From assembly GCA_030141605.1 (NCBI GenBank), contig JAQGDQ010000293.1:124001-188000 (forward strand): a stretch of 64,000 bases of DNA. The letters run 5' to 3'. How positions within the stretch are numbered: position 1 is the stretch's first letter; each line of letters begins with the position of its first letter. The translations under genes and the position numbers were made by a program. Source of the stretch: Tubiluchus corallicola. Its lineage: Eukaryota; Animalia; Priapulida. Below the pieces are notes generated by a model that searched no databases, was not told where the DNA came from, and saw only the letters and a list, made by a program, of their open reading frames with translations. Positions 13,487 to 26,315 of this stretch are shown here, one piece after another.

Positions 13487-14544
13487 TTACGTTCACTAAA
13501 CTCGTTTCACAAGAATACCACGGCGAAACAATAAATCAAACTACAGTAAGAAACCTGGCCTGCACAGAGGCCGTCGGTCACTTTGGCAGGCTTGTGACAG
13601 TTCGCTATTGTTGCACGTAGTGTAATCGAAACGCATTTGGTAATTTTTGTTTCTTGTGCGAGCGGCTTTGGTTCAACCCTGAGCGAAGTGCTAGCCTGTT
13701 TTTATTTCTATTTTTATTTAGGTTTAGGTAATGACATGGATATGCGCAGCGAACAAATCGGAAACTCTATCACTTGGAGAAGGAGAAGGAAGAAGAGAAG
13801 GGGGAAACCAAGCGGTTCTAGTGCCCGTAGTTAAAAACCAGTCTGTTATAAAAGACTAGCTGCTCCGCAACTACAAAAATTTTAAACCATTTTAAACACA
13901 TCATCAGAGAAGCCATCATCATAATGCTGCTTTTAGGCCACACAGCCACGCCTAATTTAACAGTAAGGCGAAAAATAATGTCTTTGCCAGTAGATATTTA
14001 ACTTCTGCTGCTTGATATGTCTGGCTTCCTGGATTTAGCACAGGAAGAAGTAATCTATAGCCAATCCTACGTCTTGCATCCTGTCACTTGAGCCGTGTAA
14101 CTTGACATTAGTATGATAAATTTCATCATTACTATCCGCTAGTTTAGCACTATTCATTAATCAAGCGTCCCATCAAGTTTTTATTGGTTTGGCAGTCAGG
14201 GCTTGAATTTGTTGGCTTAAATATTGAAGGTAGAAGAATCAAACTGTGAGGGATTGTACTGTACAACACATGGCGGATCTTGCGAACTAGGCCAGTACAA
14301 AAATCACTAATTTACCTCCATCGAAATGTACTTGAATTAAGCTAAATAATCTAAGTTGTAAGCAAACAAAGTGTATTGACAGACAGGAAACCATGTGCGT
14401 ATTACTTGAACGTGTTATTACTGCATTAAAGCACCCTAAATTTGGATAGACAAGTTACTTCATTGTCTAAATCAGCAAGTAGTTATAGTTAATCATAAAA
14501 CATAATTCTCATAACTGTTGTGGCGAGGTTATCACTATGATCGA

Positions 14545-14730
14545 CAACTCACACCAGGAATCCTGGACAGGTTGGACCAGAAAAACCAAGATTTGTGTTT
14601 TTAGAAGAAACTCTGCATGGCGGTTGACAATAAGAGGCACTGCGCGTCATTCTAGCAAAATGGCGGAAGCATTCCCGATGAAGATAATGTGCCGGAAACG
14701 TCACACTTGTGACCCCGGCGGAAGTTTGGC
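14545..14730. promoter_or_regulatory. Putative bidirectional housekeeping-type promoter
   Basis: YY1-like caaaatggcgg (~14656), ETS-like ccggaa and cggaagt, CpG enrichment, and a minus-strand splice donor (ggt|gtgagt) at ~14550. Confidence 0.4.
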
Positions 14731-15214
14731 TCAATTTATAGCTGTTAAAGCCCACCTTGTGAAAGTGCTTTTAGTGATAATCAGGACAAATGGTTCGATC
14801 AAAAAGTCTGATTACTATTTATTGTCTTCCATTCTCTAAACACAAGTCGCTGGTGTATAGTTAATGGAGAAGTGATGCTTCTTGTTTGAAATGAAGCCAT
14901 CATTAATACAGACGAAGCCCGTTCAATGACGACGATAAATTTTTATTTGGACATAAGAATAAACATGTATACCTTTTATTTGCAGGCCAAAATGTTTACA
15001 ATTATTGTATGAATAAAGACAATTGTGTATATAATGACGCAATTCAGTTTGGAGCTGATTGCCTTATAAAGGAAAGGCCAAGAAGTTACCAAAAACAAGC
15101 GTTACTGTGACAAATTAGTTATTTGTAATTTCAAAATTATTAAATAATGATTAAGAACCTATAATTATTAAATTCTTTAAACCACACCTGGCCAAAACAG
15201 ACATACTATGAAAA

Positions 15215-15415
15215 AGCTTGGATATCAACCAATTACTTGTAGACTACAAGTTCAACGCATTGGTCAGACGAAGTCGCAGGCTAGTGTGAGTAAACTAATA
15301 TTTGAAAATGCTGGATTGGTTGGTAAACATAGCTTTGTCACAAGGGGCTGTGTAGTCTACTGGTCATGGCGTTATACTTGCAAAGCCAAGGGTCTTAGTT
15401 CAAGTTCAATTGCCG
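15215..15415. pseudogene. Back-to-back pair of tRNA-like sequences
   Basis: + copy 15344-15410 ggggctgtgtagtctactggtca...cttgcaaa...gttcaagttc; more degenerate - copy at 15220-15281. Confidence 0.45.
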
Positions 15416-15618
15416 ATTTTTTCACATTTCCTTCTTTTCAGTCAATTTTAATTTTAAACATTAATATTGTTGTTAGTTTTTTGTCACCAAGCAAATTATT
15501 TCAGTACTCTAACGATCGATGTTAACTTCGTTTCAGACCAAATATCTTTGATTTTAGTTAGAGGAAAGGCCTTAAAGGAAAAGCCTCCTCTGAGAAGTTC
15601 TGTCCAGGCTTACGTTAA

Positions 15619-16148
15619 AGGAAAAGGCCAAGTCTTTTTGTAAATGGTTTGTTTCAATGTTCGCGAAAAATGTTAGCAGAATTTTGTTATAAAAGTGTGA
15701 TAAGCGTCTCGTGTAATTGGTAAAATTACTTTAAAATCGCATTCACTTCACATTTGGGCGCTTCCGATTTGAAATCCCATTCTTCCGCCGGTGACGTCAT
15801 TCATCTGCTGAAAAAATGCAGCGTATCGTCAAAATTATAAGTTTTTACAAACAAATAGATAGCTTGTTTTGTCATATTTTTGCCCGGACATTAGGTAAGC
15901 TGCAGATGTTTGAATTAGTTTAAGCAACGCGCTTATAGAAAGCCACTGTTTACTGTGCGAAAAGTCACGAAATCCACCTATTACGTCATAATTTCAAGTG
16001 ACTGGCGGCTACCACCACGTCTGAAAATTTCTACACAGCTGTAATATAAATTAACTTTATGCTTCATAGACAGATTTTTTGTAGATTTCTTTGTTTTAAG
16101 CGATAACATTAAAATAAATCCATCGCGCTAAATGTCTTATTCCTTCCT
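15619..16148. mobile_element. Kolobok-like MITE family C
   Basis: TTAA at 15615-18 and 16149-52, termini AGGAAAAGG... and ...TCCTTCCT. Confidence 0.5.
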
Positions 16149-16436
16149 TTAACATACCAAAATTGAAAACTGAAACTATATAGATATACGTGAATTAAAA
16201 TTGTGAAGCAATAAAACGGAAAACTAGAAAATATTCTGATACATCCTACGCTACCGTAATATCATAAAAACTATATTGACGGTGGTTGTACTACAAAACT
16301 GAGCAATACATGTTAGTTCGAGTGGGACAGATAGTTGTCCATTTTCCAGCTTCAATTACCAAATTATCTGATCACTTAATAGGCGCGAAGGTAAGTTCTA
16401 ACTTGATAACGAGATCTTTATTACAAGCTTCGTCCA

Positions 16437-16553
16437 CAGATAATATGCGCTGTAAGTCAGATAATATGCGCTGTAAGTCAGATAATATGCGCTGTAAGTC
16501 AGATAATATGCGCTGTAAGTCAGATAATATGCGTTGTAAGTCAGATAATATGT
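16437..16553. repeat. 21-bp tandem repeat cagataatatgcgctgtaagt, ~5.5 copies
   Basis: Directly visible; explains the SDNMRCK ORF repeat. Confidence 0.95.
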
Positions 16554-16753
16554 GCTCTATGTATTTATCCTGACAACAACATTAAAGCTGATACTCATTA
16601 GGTACACGGTCTGCAACAAAACCCAGTGTGTTGTCACCTATCTTTGTTTTTTGGATCAACCATTATTTCATATTCTTTGGCACGGTGTGAGTAGATTCTG
16701 AAGATTGTGGTCCTTGAAGCTACTAAGAGCATTTATTCTTGTAGAATTTCTGC

Positions 16754-17310
16754 ACATTTGTTTTACAGATAAATCTGAAGTTTTTCATTTGATCATGTGA
16801 ACTTTTAGAATTTAGTATGCTTGGTAACACAGTGGGCTTTCGCAAAGTAATTATTACATTACATGAAATGACAGAATAATGCAGTCTTAAAAAACTTTAA
16901 AGTTACTAAAGGTGTGACTCAAGGTGGCAAAATATCACATAATCTATTTAACGTGTACTCTATTTCGTGTTTCTCTTGCATTATATTTCGTGAGGTTGCC
17001 AAATGGGCGTGGTTAGCAACTGGCATGACGTCTGCGTACATAAGATAATTAACATAAAACTCGTAAACGAAACAACCTGTGCAACTTTATTAATCAAATT
17101 TAAAAGATATGTTAAACAGATTAGGTGATATTTTGCCACCTTGCCTCACACCTTTAGTAACTTTAAAGCTCTTTAAGACTGCATTATTATGTCATTTCAT
17201 ATAATGTAATCATTATTTTGTGAAAGCCCGTCGTATTACCAAGCATACTAAATTCTAAAAGTTCACATGATCAAATGAAAAACTTTAGATTTGTCTGTAA
17301 AACAAATGTG
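16754..17310. repeat. Long inverted repeat, ~200-bp arms derived from LINE reverse transcriptase
   Basis: 16754-16953 is the reverse complement of ~17110-17310; the arms translate to KVTKGV(T/R)QGGKIS(H/P)NLFN. Confidence 0.9.
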
Positions 17311-18358
17311 CTCAAAGCTGTCCTTTCCCGTACTGAAACCTATTAATTCATGAGCTAAAGTTTACAATTCCCCACACACAAGAAATTAATTTTAGGATTA
17401 GGATTAGAGTTAGGAACTGAATGATGACTAAGAGTATAAAGTGTAAAACTGTCGGTTTCTATACTGCGAATTTTAAGCAATTAAAACAATTGCACAGTAA
17501 TGAATGGTTTCTGAAAAATAAGGTTTCTGATTTTGCTAATTTACGAGACTACATAGCAAATCAGGAGCGAGCTGAGTGTATTTCTACTTGTCTCTATTAT
17601 CAGACTAAAACGTCTAAAGGTTCTCTTACTCAACCACGTGATACAGACAGTCTACATGAATTACTTTTATAAAATCAACTTTCTTGCGTTTCTTAATTGC
17701 CCAATTTGTCTTTCCGGCTTAACAGTACCGTTTGTCGTAACTCTGCACATTAAACCACGACCATTATTACAATACTTGCAACAGTTAAACCTTGCCACCT
17801 TCATCTTTGGGTACATTTACTTCACACATGGCGGAAACCTTAATTTCAAGCAGTAAATTTGCCACCCGACAAGCAGAATTTGCCCCTCTGCAAACAAAGT
17901 CACAGCTATTAGTGACATTGAGTCTCGATTTAATGTATAATCGTGTTATCGTTGAAAAGACAGACGGAGCAATTTTCGCAGCTTCATTATTGTCGAGTAA
18001 TATCGTTTGCATTCTCTGATAATATTTAAAATTGCACTAAATTACTGGAGCATAACAGTCTGCATTACACGCGCGAATAAACAATGTGAATCAGATTGGA
18101 TTTGCTAGATTTAACGTGTTTTATTGTCCATTAGAATGCAGAAACTTGTGGCTGAAATCATCTCAACTATTGAACTGATACAGCTATTTTAAATGTAAAT
18201 GAAAAATGATGCAATTGACTATAAATTTTGTCAATGTTTACGTAACATTGCGACTTTTTAATAGTAGCTAATCATCTCAAAGAAAGTCAGTATAAAGACA
18301 CGTACAAACTAATATTAATCATAAGCCGACTCGTCAAGATATATGATAAAATATATTG

Positions 18359-18369
18359 TGCGCATGCGC
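18359..18369. promoter_or_regulatory. NRF1-type motif
   Basis: tgcgcatgcgc ~300 bp upstream of the TM exon. Confidence 0.3.
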
Positions 18370-18667
18370 CCATGTATCTATAATAAGCCGACATTTAGGA
18401 AAAGGACTAAAATCACTCATAAAAATGGTAAAACTAACTGCCATTCTGCTGTTTCGTTGCGTGAAGTCAATTCTCCGTGACTTAAATATAATTTGTCAGT
18501 CTTTGGCGATTTGAGGCACGTTTTTAATATGTAAAAGTCCTTGAATGGGAAGAGAAGGAAATTTTTCTGTCATTTCTCACTTGCTATTTGGCTATTCGTT
18601 CAACTTTTCATTTCAAATGTTGCAAATGTTTTCCTTTGACAAACACTTTCTGTTTTCATTTTTGCAG

Positions 18668-18845
18668 TCACGTACATAGTGATCGGCACAGTAGCGGGAA
18701 CTCTCCTGGTTTTCATCCTAGTTTTCCTGTTAGTGAAGTACACTAAGAGACAAGACGGCAAAACGAGGGAGTATGAGAAGTTAGCAGCGGCTGAGAAACA
18801 AGGTGGTACATTCTACGGTGACATGCAAGCTACGAAGATGAGCTC
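18668..18845 (+). CDS. SYT15: Synaptotagmin-15-like, transmembrane exon (internal, phase 1 to phase 2)
   Basis: Polypyrimidine tract + tttgcag acceptor and tc|gtaagt donor. Translates as TYIVIGTVAGTLLVFILVFLLVKYTKRQDGKTREYEKLAAAEKQGGTFYGDMQATKMSS: one TM helix, basic stop-transfer residues, and YEKL resembling YEEL of vertebrate SYT15. Phase 2 end fits the 49380 exon (TC+C=Ser). Upstream ATG exon not found. Confidence 0.85.
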
Positions 18846-18884
18846 GTAAGTAGTGCACTAATGTTTTGTTTATTCTCTCATCCA

Positions 18885-19790
18885 TCTATCCGTCCGTCAT
18901 TGCATTCATTCACTTGTTCGGTCATTCAATCATTCATTTGTTCGTTCGTTCGTTCGTTCGTTCGTTCGTTCGTTCGTTCGTTCGTTCGTTCGTTCGTTCG
19001 TTCGTTCGTTCATTCGTTCGTGCATTCGTTCATTCGTTCATTCATTCGTTCGTTCGTTCGTTCGTTCGTTCGTTCGTTCGTTCATTCATTCATTCATTCA
19101 TTCATTCATTCATTCATTCATTCATTCATTCATTCATTCATTCATTCATTCATTCGTTCGTTCATTCAATCATTCATTCACTCGTTCATTCGTTCAGTCG
19201 TTCATTTATTCATTCATTCGTTCGTTCAATCATTCATTCATTCATTCATTCATTTATTCGTTCGATCATTCATTCGTTCGTTCATTCATTCATTCATTCA
19301 ATCGTTATTTCGTTCGTCGGTTCATTTATTCATTCATTCATTCTTTCGTTCGTTCATGTTTTTGTCTGTGAATTAATCTTTCTATGATTTATTTAATATT
19401 TTGTTTGTTCCATATTTGTTGTTGTTTCACTCATTAATTCATTTATTTGTCAGTTTGTTTATTTTTATTTGTTTGCTTGTCCCTTCTTGAGTTCTTTATT
19501 TGCCATTTTATTGTTTTTATTCACCTTCTTTATGTGGTCTTATAATTGATTAAATCATTCATTCATATGCATTGTATGAATATTCGTTCATTTATTCGTT
19601 CGTTCGTTCGTTCGATCATTCTTTCGTTTATTTATTCATTCATTCATTCCTTCCTTCTTTCCTTCATTCATTTATTCATTCACCCAGTCATTCATTCAGT
19701 CTTTCATCAATTCATTTATTCACTCACTCGATTGATCAATTGTCCATTTGTTCGTTGATTTACGCATTTAATCACTCATTCATTCTTTCA
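18885..19790. repeat. (TTCG)/(TTCA) compound tetranucleotide repeat region
   Basis: Begins ~40 bp into the intron after the TM exon; a second degenerate block lies at 19550-19790. Confidence 0.95.
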
Positions 19791-20302
19791 CCTAAGGCGC
19801 CAAAAACTTGATTTTCTTACCTTGTAATCATTACTGATTGATTTGATTTCAACTTTTACCTTTTTCTAAGCGCATGTAATTAACAGAAGAGACAGAAACA
19901 TGCATGATAATTGGTAATTTTCCACTACGATAGCAAATTAATCAACTAATTACTCACGTAAATTATTCATCATCTTCAGATACGTTTTCAAGTCTCTACT
20001 GCCACGACATTTCCTAGTTTATCATGCATGATGAGTATAAGTCCATTTTAATTTGACTACGTAATCATGGCCGATTTCTTAAATATTCCGTCGCTATGGA
20101 AATCACGTTTCAGAGTCGCTAAAATTGGCATCTTGAATAATTACAATGAAATTATCAAAGTTATATGAAATATAATTAGGTGTGTGTTATTTAATGCAAC
20201 ACACTCTGCAATTTTGCAAACAAGAAACGTGGGTTTAGCACCCACAGGATACAGTTTACAGGTAGCGTGTTTTAAATGAAGTACTGTACTTTACATTAGC
20301 TT

Positions 20303-20558
20303 GGTGACCGATAATGAACTCACAGGAAAACAGTGATGAAAAGTCACAATTTTGGCTAAGAGAAAGTCACAGGAAAAAAAGTCACAATTAATTTTTCCTA
20401 GGGTTAGAGTTAGCGCCAGGGTTAAGATTAGGGTTAGGGTTGGGGTTGGGGTTAGGCCCAGGGTTAAGGTTGGGGTTAGGGTTATTTCTTTTTTCCTGTG
20501 ACTTTTTTCTTGGTGACTTTTTTCTGCGTCTTTCTTACCCGTGTCTTTTTCCTGGATT
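20303..20558 (-). mobile_element. Mutator-like MITE with internal (TTAGGG)-like tract
   Basis: 9-bp TSD cattagctt/cattatctt (1 mismatch), inverted aaagtcacag subrepeats, telomere-like block at 20399-20483. Confidence 0.7.
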
Positions 20559-21805
20559 CATTATCTTGTCCCACTTCAGCTCAGTTAGTCAAATAAACAC
20601 TTTCTATTTTTGACTATAAGTCTATAAAGCTTTTTCTCACTTCCATACGACTAAACATAACTCCGACTTCTGTGGTGAATTTTTGGAGGCATAGGCTTCT
20701 AACGCATATATTTTCCATTGGCGCGTAACGCAGATTTCATCTCGACATGTAACGCATATGTTCTGCGTTAAAAATAGAGAAAGCCTTCGCAAACGAGCAA
20801 ATTTTCGCCTTCAAACCTGGGTTTCGTTCCAATTTGACGAAACCCGTTTTTTTCGTTACGTTTCTCTCCCATCTTTCTTAGTTGTTATGAAATAATGGAG
20901 TACACAATGGCGCAGACTGCTTAAACCTGTGTTGGTATAAATTTTTGTACTTAGCGCATTTGTGCAAATATTAATGCAAAGTAAGAATTCTTTTCCACTT
21001 TTTCCGTTGCAGTACTACAGTCAATCTAAAGCGTTGTAACTTTTTCATGGACTTGCTGACAATCTTTCTACAAAAAGTTAAATGCTTATGCTTGCCGTGG
21101 GTTAAAATTTCATAATTCCTTTCAGTTATAACCAAAATTAGTCAGGCCTACTTGTGATTCGAATAAATAATAGGCTTACTGAGTATTTTGCGAGATGCTG
21201 TGACACGCTGTGTTGAAAAATTTTGTGAAATCGATTGTGAATTTGTTTGTTTGTAAAATTGAAAGTCTGCACTTTTTTGCTTTTGACTGAAAAATTGTGC
21301 AATTTACATCGTAAGTAGGGTCTATAAACACCAAAATATATAAAAACCGCCACGAAGAACTGCAAATTCTACGGAATTGAACAAGTACGAGACACTACGT
21401 AATTACTGTGGAAACTCTGACTCTGTTTTCTCTTCCACAGACTTCCCTGATTGGTAATACTAGAATGAGAAATTCTATAACGTACCCGCTAGTAACAAGC
21501 AGAGAGATTATTATTGTCGTGGAACATGATACATTGTACTGTAGATCCTACTTTTCGAATATATAAAAAATTACTACAATTAACATCAATCGTGAACGTG
21601 TAACCCTTAACAGTTCTTCACTAATTTCTTTACACAGAAGAAAAATGTGATTTCGTTTTCAATTAAAAAGTCTAAGCCTCTAAGGTATAAGGAGCTAAAT
21701 TTTATAGGCACGTTGCGCCATCTATCCGCGGCTTCATCAAGCTCAGTCGTTTTCGCAAATGCAGCTAGCTTGCTGATGCGGCGCTGTGAGCTCCATAATA
21801 CTTAA

Positions 21806-22132
21806 AGCAAAACCGGACCCAATCTTAAACTGTAGGTCAAAATCGTCTACTCTTTAAATATTGAAAGGAAACGTGCACTATCTTACAGTAGCACTGTACT
21901 TCAATTTTCGCTTTCCCAACACGTACAGCACGCATGGAATATTTTTGTTTTTGGAAATCACATTAGTTTGTGATGTCGTCAATAGTTGGGCTCGGCCTAT
22001 TAACATACTATTAATGTTTTAATCATTTATTTAATTATCAGAAACGCTTTTGCAGTATTAATTGTGTTAAAATGTATACTTTTTATCGGATTTGAAAATG
22101 AGATAGTATATGAAAAATCATCCTGTCTTCCT
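21806..22132 (+). mobile_element. Kolobok-like MITE family A, internally deleted
   Basis: TTAA TSDs (21802-05, 22133-36); termini AGCAAAACCGGA and TCCTGTCTTCCT (imperfect TIR). Confidence 0.85.
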
Positions 22133-22714
22133 TTAAGTTACTATATCATTACTCAAAACAGGAGACGCCACGCGCTAATATAACTGTTACCTGGACAATT
22201 CATTGCTTACACTAGTGATTGTCACCAACCACACCGGAAGTTGCAAATCAGGGCGCAGTAACCAGTTTTCCGCTTTTGTTTTCATCTTTTCTTGTTTTAA
22301 ATTTTTCATTTCTGGATTTCTTCTTGTTTTTCTAGTTTCTTTCTTCATTTTCGCGTTATGTCTTTGATTTTTCCTGATTATCTTTTTTATTTCACTATTT
22401 TTGTGTTTTCACTTGCAAACTGGAAGTTTTAATGCCTTACATTTAGTCGCAACTTCTTACAGCATTACAGTTTTTCCGCTTGTTGCCATTCTTACGACAC
22501 TCGATACTTCATCTTTGTTTAGCATCATCAATAATTTAATTTCTCATAGACTTGAGTTTATCGTCTCTGGCTTGAGTTAATATCAAATGATTATTGTTTG
22601 GACGTCTGTTGAACCAACAGAGAAGCTCATCAACACTTTGATGAAGTCTTTCGCAGGGGACGTCTATGGAGACAGTTGTCATTGAGTACCTCTACCGGCG
22701 ATGTTTTACGCTTG

Positions 22715-23160
22715 GAAATCACCACCAAATTTTTAATTCCAGAAGAAGCAATCTAAAGCAAATTAGGGCAAATACCCACTATGGAACGAACTCTGTAATC
22801 AAGCAAGCAATTCTACTTTGGAATTCTCTACCATTACAGGTTAAACAAATCAAGTCCCTATCAGCATTTAAAACGAAATTAAAATCACTAATATTAACAA
22901 GATATGAAATACCATCACACCAGTACGACAACATACACACTAATTCAGAATTTGTATATCCACGACCATATTAATTAAATCATAATTTTTTCATTTTTTT
23001 GCATAGTTGTAAATATGTTTGATTTTATTCGTCGTTACTTTTCATTACTGCACAGTAGTTTAGATTGCACTGACGCATTTGCCTTTAGCAGTGTAAGTTT
23101 TTGTTAACTAACACTGATTGATCATCTCTGTAAAGTGATTATCAATATATATATATATAT
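22715..23160 (+). mobile_element. CR1/L2-group LINE 3' end
   Basis: HHQIFNSRRSNL...THYGTNSVIKQAILLWNSLPLQVKQIKSLSAFKTKLKSLIL, then 3' UTR and a (TA)n tail. Confidence 0.75.
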
Positions 23161-24824
23161 AAGCACAGTTTGACTACCTGGCACGCACTAATCATTAGAG
23201 TCAGTATTCAAATACATAGGCAATAAGGCCATGTTGTTGTTGTTATGACATATTTGAGTGGCCTTTGCGGCGAGTTTAATGCGTACATTTAACGTAGGGG
23301 TCACGTGACCCACATGCTTGCTTTGGGATTGGCTAGGTAGAAGTGGTATTGATATTCGACATTGGTTTACTTTTACGTTGTTGTTGAAAGTGAGGTCAGA
23401 CCGTGAAACTTGAATAAATTTGAAAATTTTAGTTAATTTTTGTCTTGAGCTCTTTTGACTATAGTGAAAATAACATATTGTCAATGAACTTCAGTCTAAT
23501 TAGAAAAATGTTTCACAAAATCTGCTATATCTTGTTGTACAACAAAACTTACCATTTTTACTTACATGTATTTAAATGTGTAACTATAATCAGTAGGAAC
23601 ATATATGTGGAAACCGTCTAAGTATGTATGCAAGTTAGGGATACCTATCAAGTAAACCATTTTGGTGTGATTGAGTTTTGTTATGTTGGAAATTAATCAA
23701 AATTAAAGAACGCTAATAGACTTCTACGGTAAACAAACTCCGCGTAAGTCGACCAAAAACAGTAAGACTGTAAATTACTCCAGATTGAGAAAGCTACAGA
23801 GATAAATGTGATTAAGCGTTTGACATTTTCTAAATTAACCGTCTTAGTTAGCAAGCCAAATGTAACAAATCTAAGCGAACCGTTTCAGCGTGACTAAACA
23901 GTATTGTTTTACAGGCGTGTAAATCAGTCTAGTTAGTACCTAGCTCCAACTGGTTTCCCCGGTTCCTGTTGGGAAGCCTGTCGGCCAATTCCTCCTTCCC
24001 GTGGTTTCACGTGCAAATGGTGAACTTACTAAATGAAGTCCAAGCTGTAAGACCTCACAGTAGACAGGTGGCGCTCCTGGTAGTGATTGAACAGTGTTAC
24101 CGTGTTGAACAGTGTTACCTTAGCCGAATTTATTAACTTTTCTGTTTCGACGTGTGATTTATTAGTGGTTTTCCGAAAAGAAAGGCTGCCGCCGTATACA
24201 GCTGACCTTAACAGTGGCTTCGCGCCGACTGAAGCCAAGTATTGACAGTTTTGAAGGGGCGCACTTGTCAACGGTTAGAAAGTGTTGTACTATGCTTACC
24301 ATTCACTAACTTGTGCGTGATTTATTAGTGGTGTTGTAAAGAGTAAGGCTGCCGTAAATTATGCATTATGAAATTTTAATATTCAATTGTAACTTGTAAT
24401 GTAGAAGCTTTAATTAAGTTGGGAATATGAGAGAGATACTTGATAGCTTTAAGTTTAAGCTGTTTGCTTTGTGACCGGGTTTATTCTATTCTATGCGTTG
24501 CCGCCTTTTACGTAAAGTTATCACCAATTGACTTGTTAAATTACGCGCGAAAGGATAATTATCATGATCTGTGAAATCAAATTTAGGTTGTATTTTTCAT
24601 AATTGTTGACTTGTATGTTGATTTTTCAATACCTATTCAAAGCTACACAATAAAAACTTGGTCAATCATTACAGTTACTTCTATCACACCATAGTCCCGG
24701 CTATTAGTATTCTTCCTGTTCTTTTCGAGATTCAAATTTGAACAATACTGGCTTTTACAAAAAAGATACATAATATACTATGAAACACAGCGTAATTTTA
24801 ATACGAACAAGGAACAATATGTCT

Positions 24825-25122
24825 TGTATTGTATTGTATTGTATTGTATTGTATTGTATTGTATTGTATTGTATTGTATTGTATTGTATTGTATTGTATT
24901 GTATTGTATTGTATTGTATTGTATTGTATTGTATTGTATTGTATTGTGCTGTGCTGTGCTGTGCTGTGCTGTGCTGCGCTGCGCTGCGCTGCGCTGCACT
25001 GCACTGCACTGCACTGCACTACACTGTACTGTGCTGTGCTGTGCTACACTGCACTGCACTGCACTGCACTGCACTGTACTGTGCTGTGCTGCACTGCACT
25101 GTACCGTAGTGTATTGTATTGT
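24825..25122. repeat. Compound pentanucleotide microsatellite (TATTG/TGCTG/CGCTG/CACTG)
   Basis: Directly visible. Confidence 0.97.
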
Positions 25123-25292
25123 GTTGATTTTATTTATTTATTTTAAGTTTAAATCAATACATAAAGTACTATATAAAACAGATTATAAAACTATAAACAT
25201 AAGATAAAAACTGTGCAAAAGGAGCACAGGTTATTTTAGATAATAAATGAAGCGGTTACTAATGAGTTTCAATGTTGGAAGCATTATATTAT

Positions 25293-25385
25293 ACTATGTT
25301 ATGTTATGTTACGTTACGTTACGTTACGTTACGTTACGTTACGTTACGTTACGTAACATTAGGTTACATTACATTACATTATGTA
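25293..25385. repeat. (ACGTT)/(ACATT) pentanucleotide repeat
   Basis: Directly visible. Confidence 0.9.
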
Positions 25386-25699
25386 ATATTATATATTGTT
25401 CACAAAATTTATGATGCTGTGATAAAGCTTTTTCATCGGTAGAAGATAGGGTTTCTTTTAACGTTCTTCCTCGCTGTAAAGGTGTATCGTTCATTGATAA
25501 ATTAACACCGATCGAAGTTGCGGCTCTTCAAAGGCGGCGGCGCGTTATTAAAATTTGATTAATCACTTATTCCTGACCACTTAATGAAGGTCTTACGTCA
25601 TTGTGTTCTCAAATTTTACCAGTTTTGATGAGTTATAGTTACTACGCTTGACTTGTTGAAATCTGAAAGACGTGCTTGACATGGGAAGTAAAGTAATAA

Positions 25700-25990
25700 T
25701 ATCTAAATTAAATAAACACACGAAAGTAATACTAAATTAGAAAGTTTGAAAGAGATTGGCACCTCCTCTGAGCTATGCTGTCCACTACGCTACAGAGACA
25801 CGCTGATTTCTCAGACAAAGACATTTACTCTACAAGCCGCTAGGGATCTATTACAGTCAGTCCACGCTACCATAAATTCGATTGTACTAGATCAGTACAA
25901 TAAACGCACGCAAGCAATACTAAATTAGAAAGTTTCAAAAAGTTTTCCATCTCAACTGGGACTCGAACCCCGGCCTTCTACTTTCCGGCC
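25700..25990 (-). mobile_element. tRNA-derived element fragments in tandem
   Basis: Minus-strand B-box ggttcgagtcc (~25959-25970), A-box-like tagcgtagtgg (~25782-25792), and duplicated tail aatactaaattagaaagttt at ~25728 and ~25916. Confidence 0.55.
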
Positions 25991-26164
<174 letters not shown>

Positions 26165-26315
26165 ACTCTTTTTATTATATAAATATACATATATACAATT
26201 ACCTGTATTTGTAGGGAGATCGTTTTACATGCGTTTTTATGTATTAACCTGATTACTATTCAGTTGCATGGATGGCACCATCTGGCATATGACTTCCCTA
26301 AGTTCGTGGTGCACC

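Noticed and set aside
14015-14130. H/ACA or C/D snoRNA on the minus strand
   Set aside because: One hairpin and an ACA are present, but there is no proper pseudouridylation pocket, H box or paired C/D boxes.
16310-16390. SYT15 first coding exon ending aag|gtaagt
   Set aside because: The ATG frame ends in phase 0, but the TM exon needs phase 1; joining gives an immediate stop.
18425-18433. ATG|gtaaaa mini first exon after the NRF1 motif
   Set aside because: Phase 0, incompatible with the TM exon frame.
20399-20483. True telomere or chromosome fusion site
   Set aside because: Short, degenerate and enclosed in a TSD-flanked MITE.
23940-24080. Structured RNA or ribozyme in a GC-rich patch
   Set aside because: Could not build a hammerhead or HDV-like fold by eye; an Rfam/Infernal scan would be needed.
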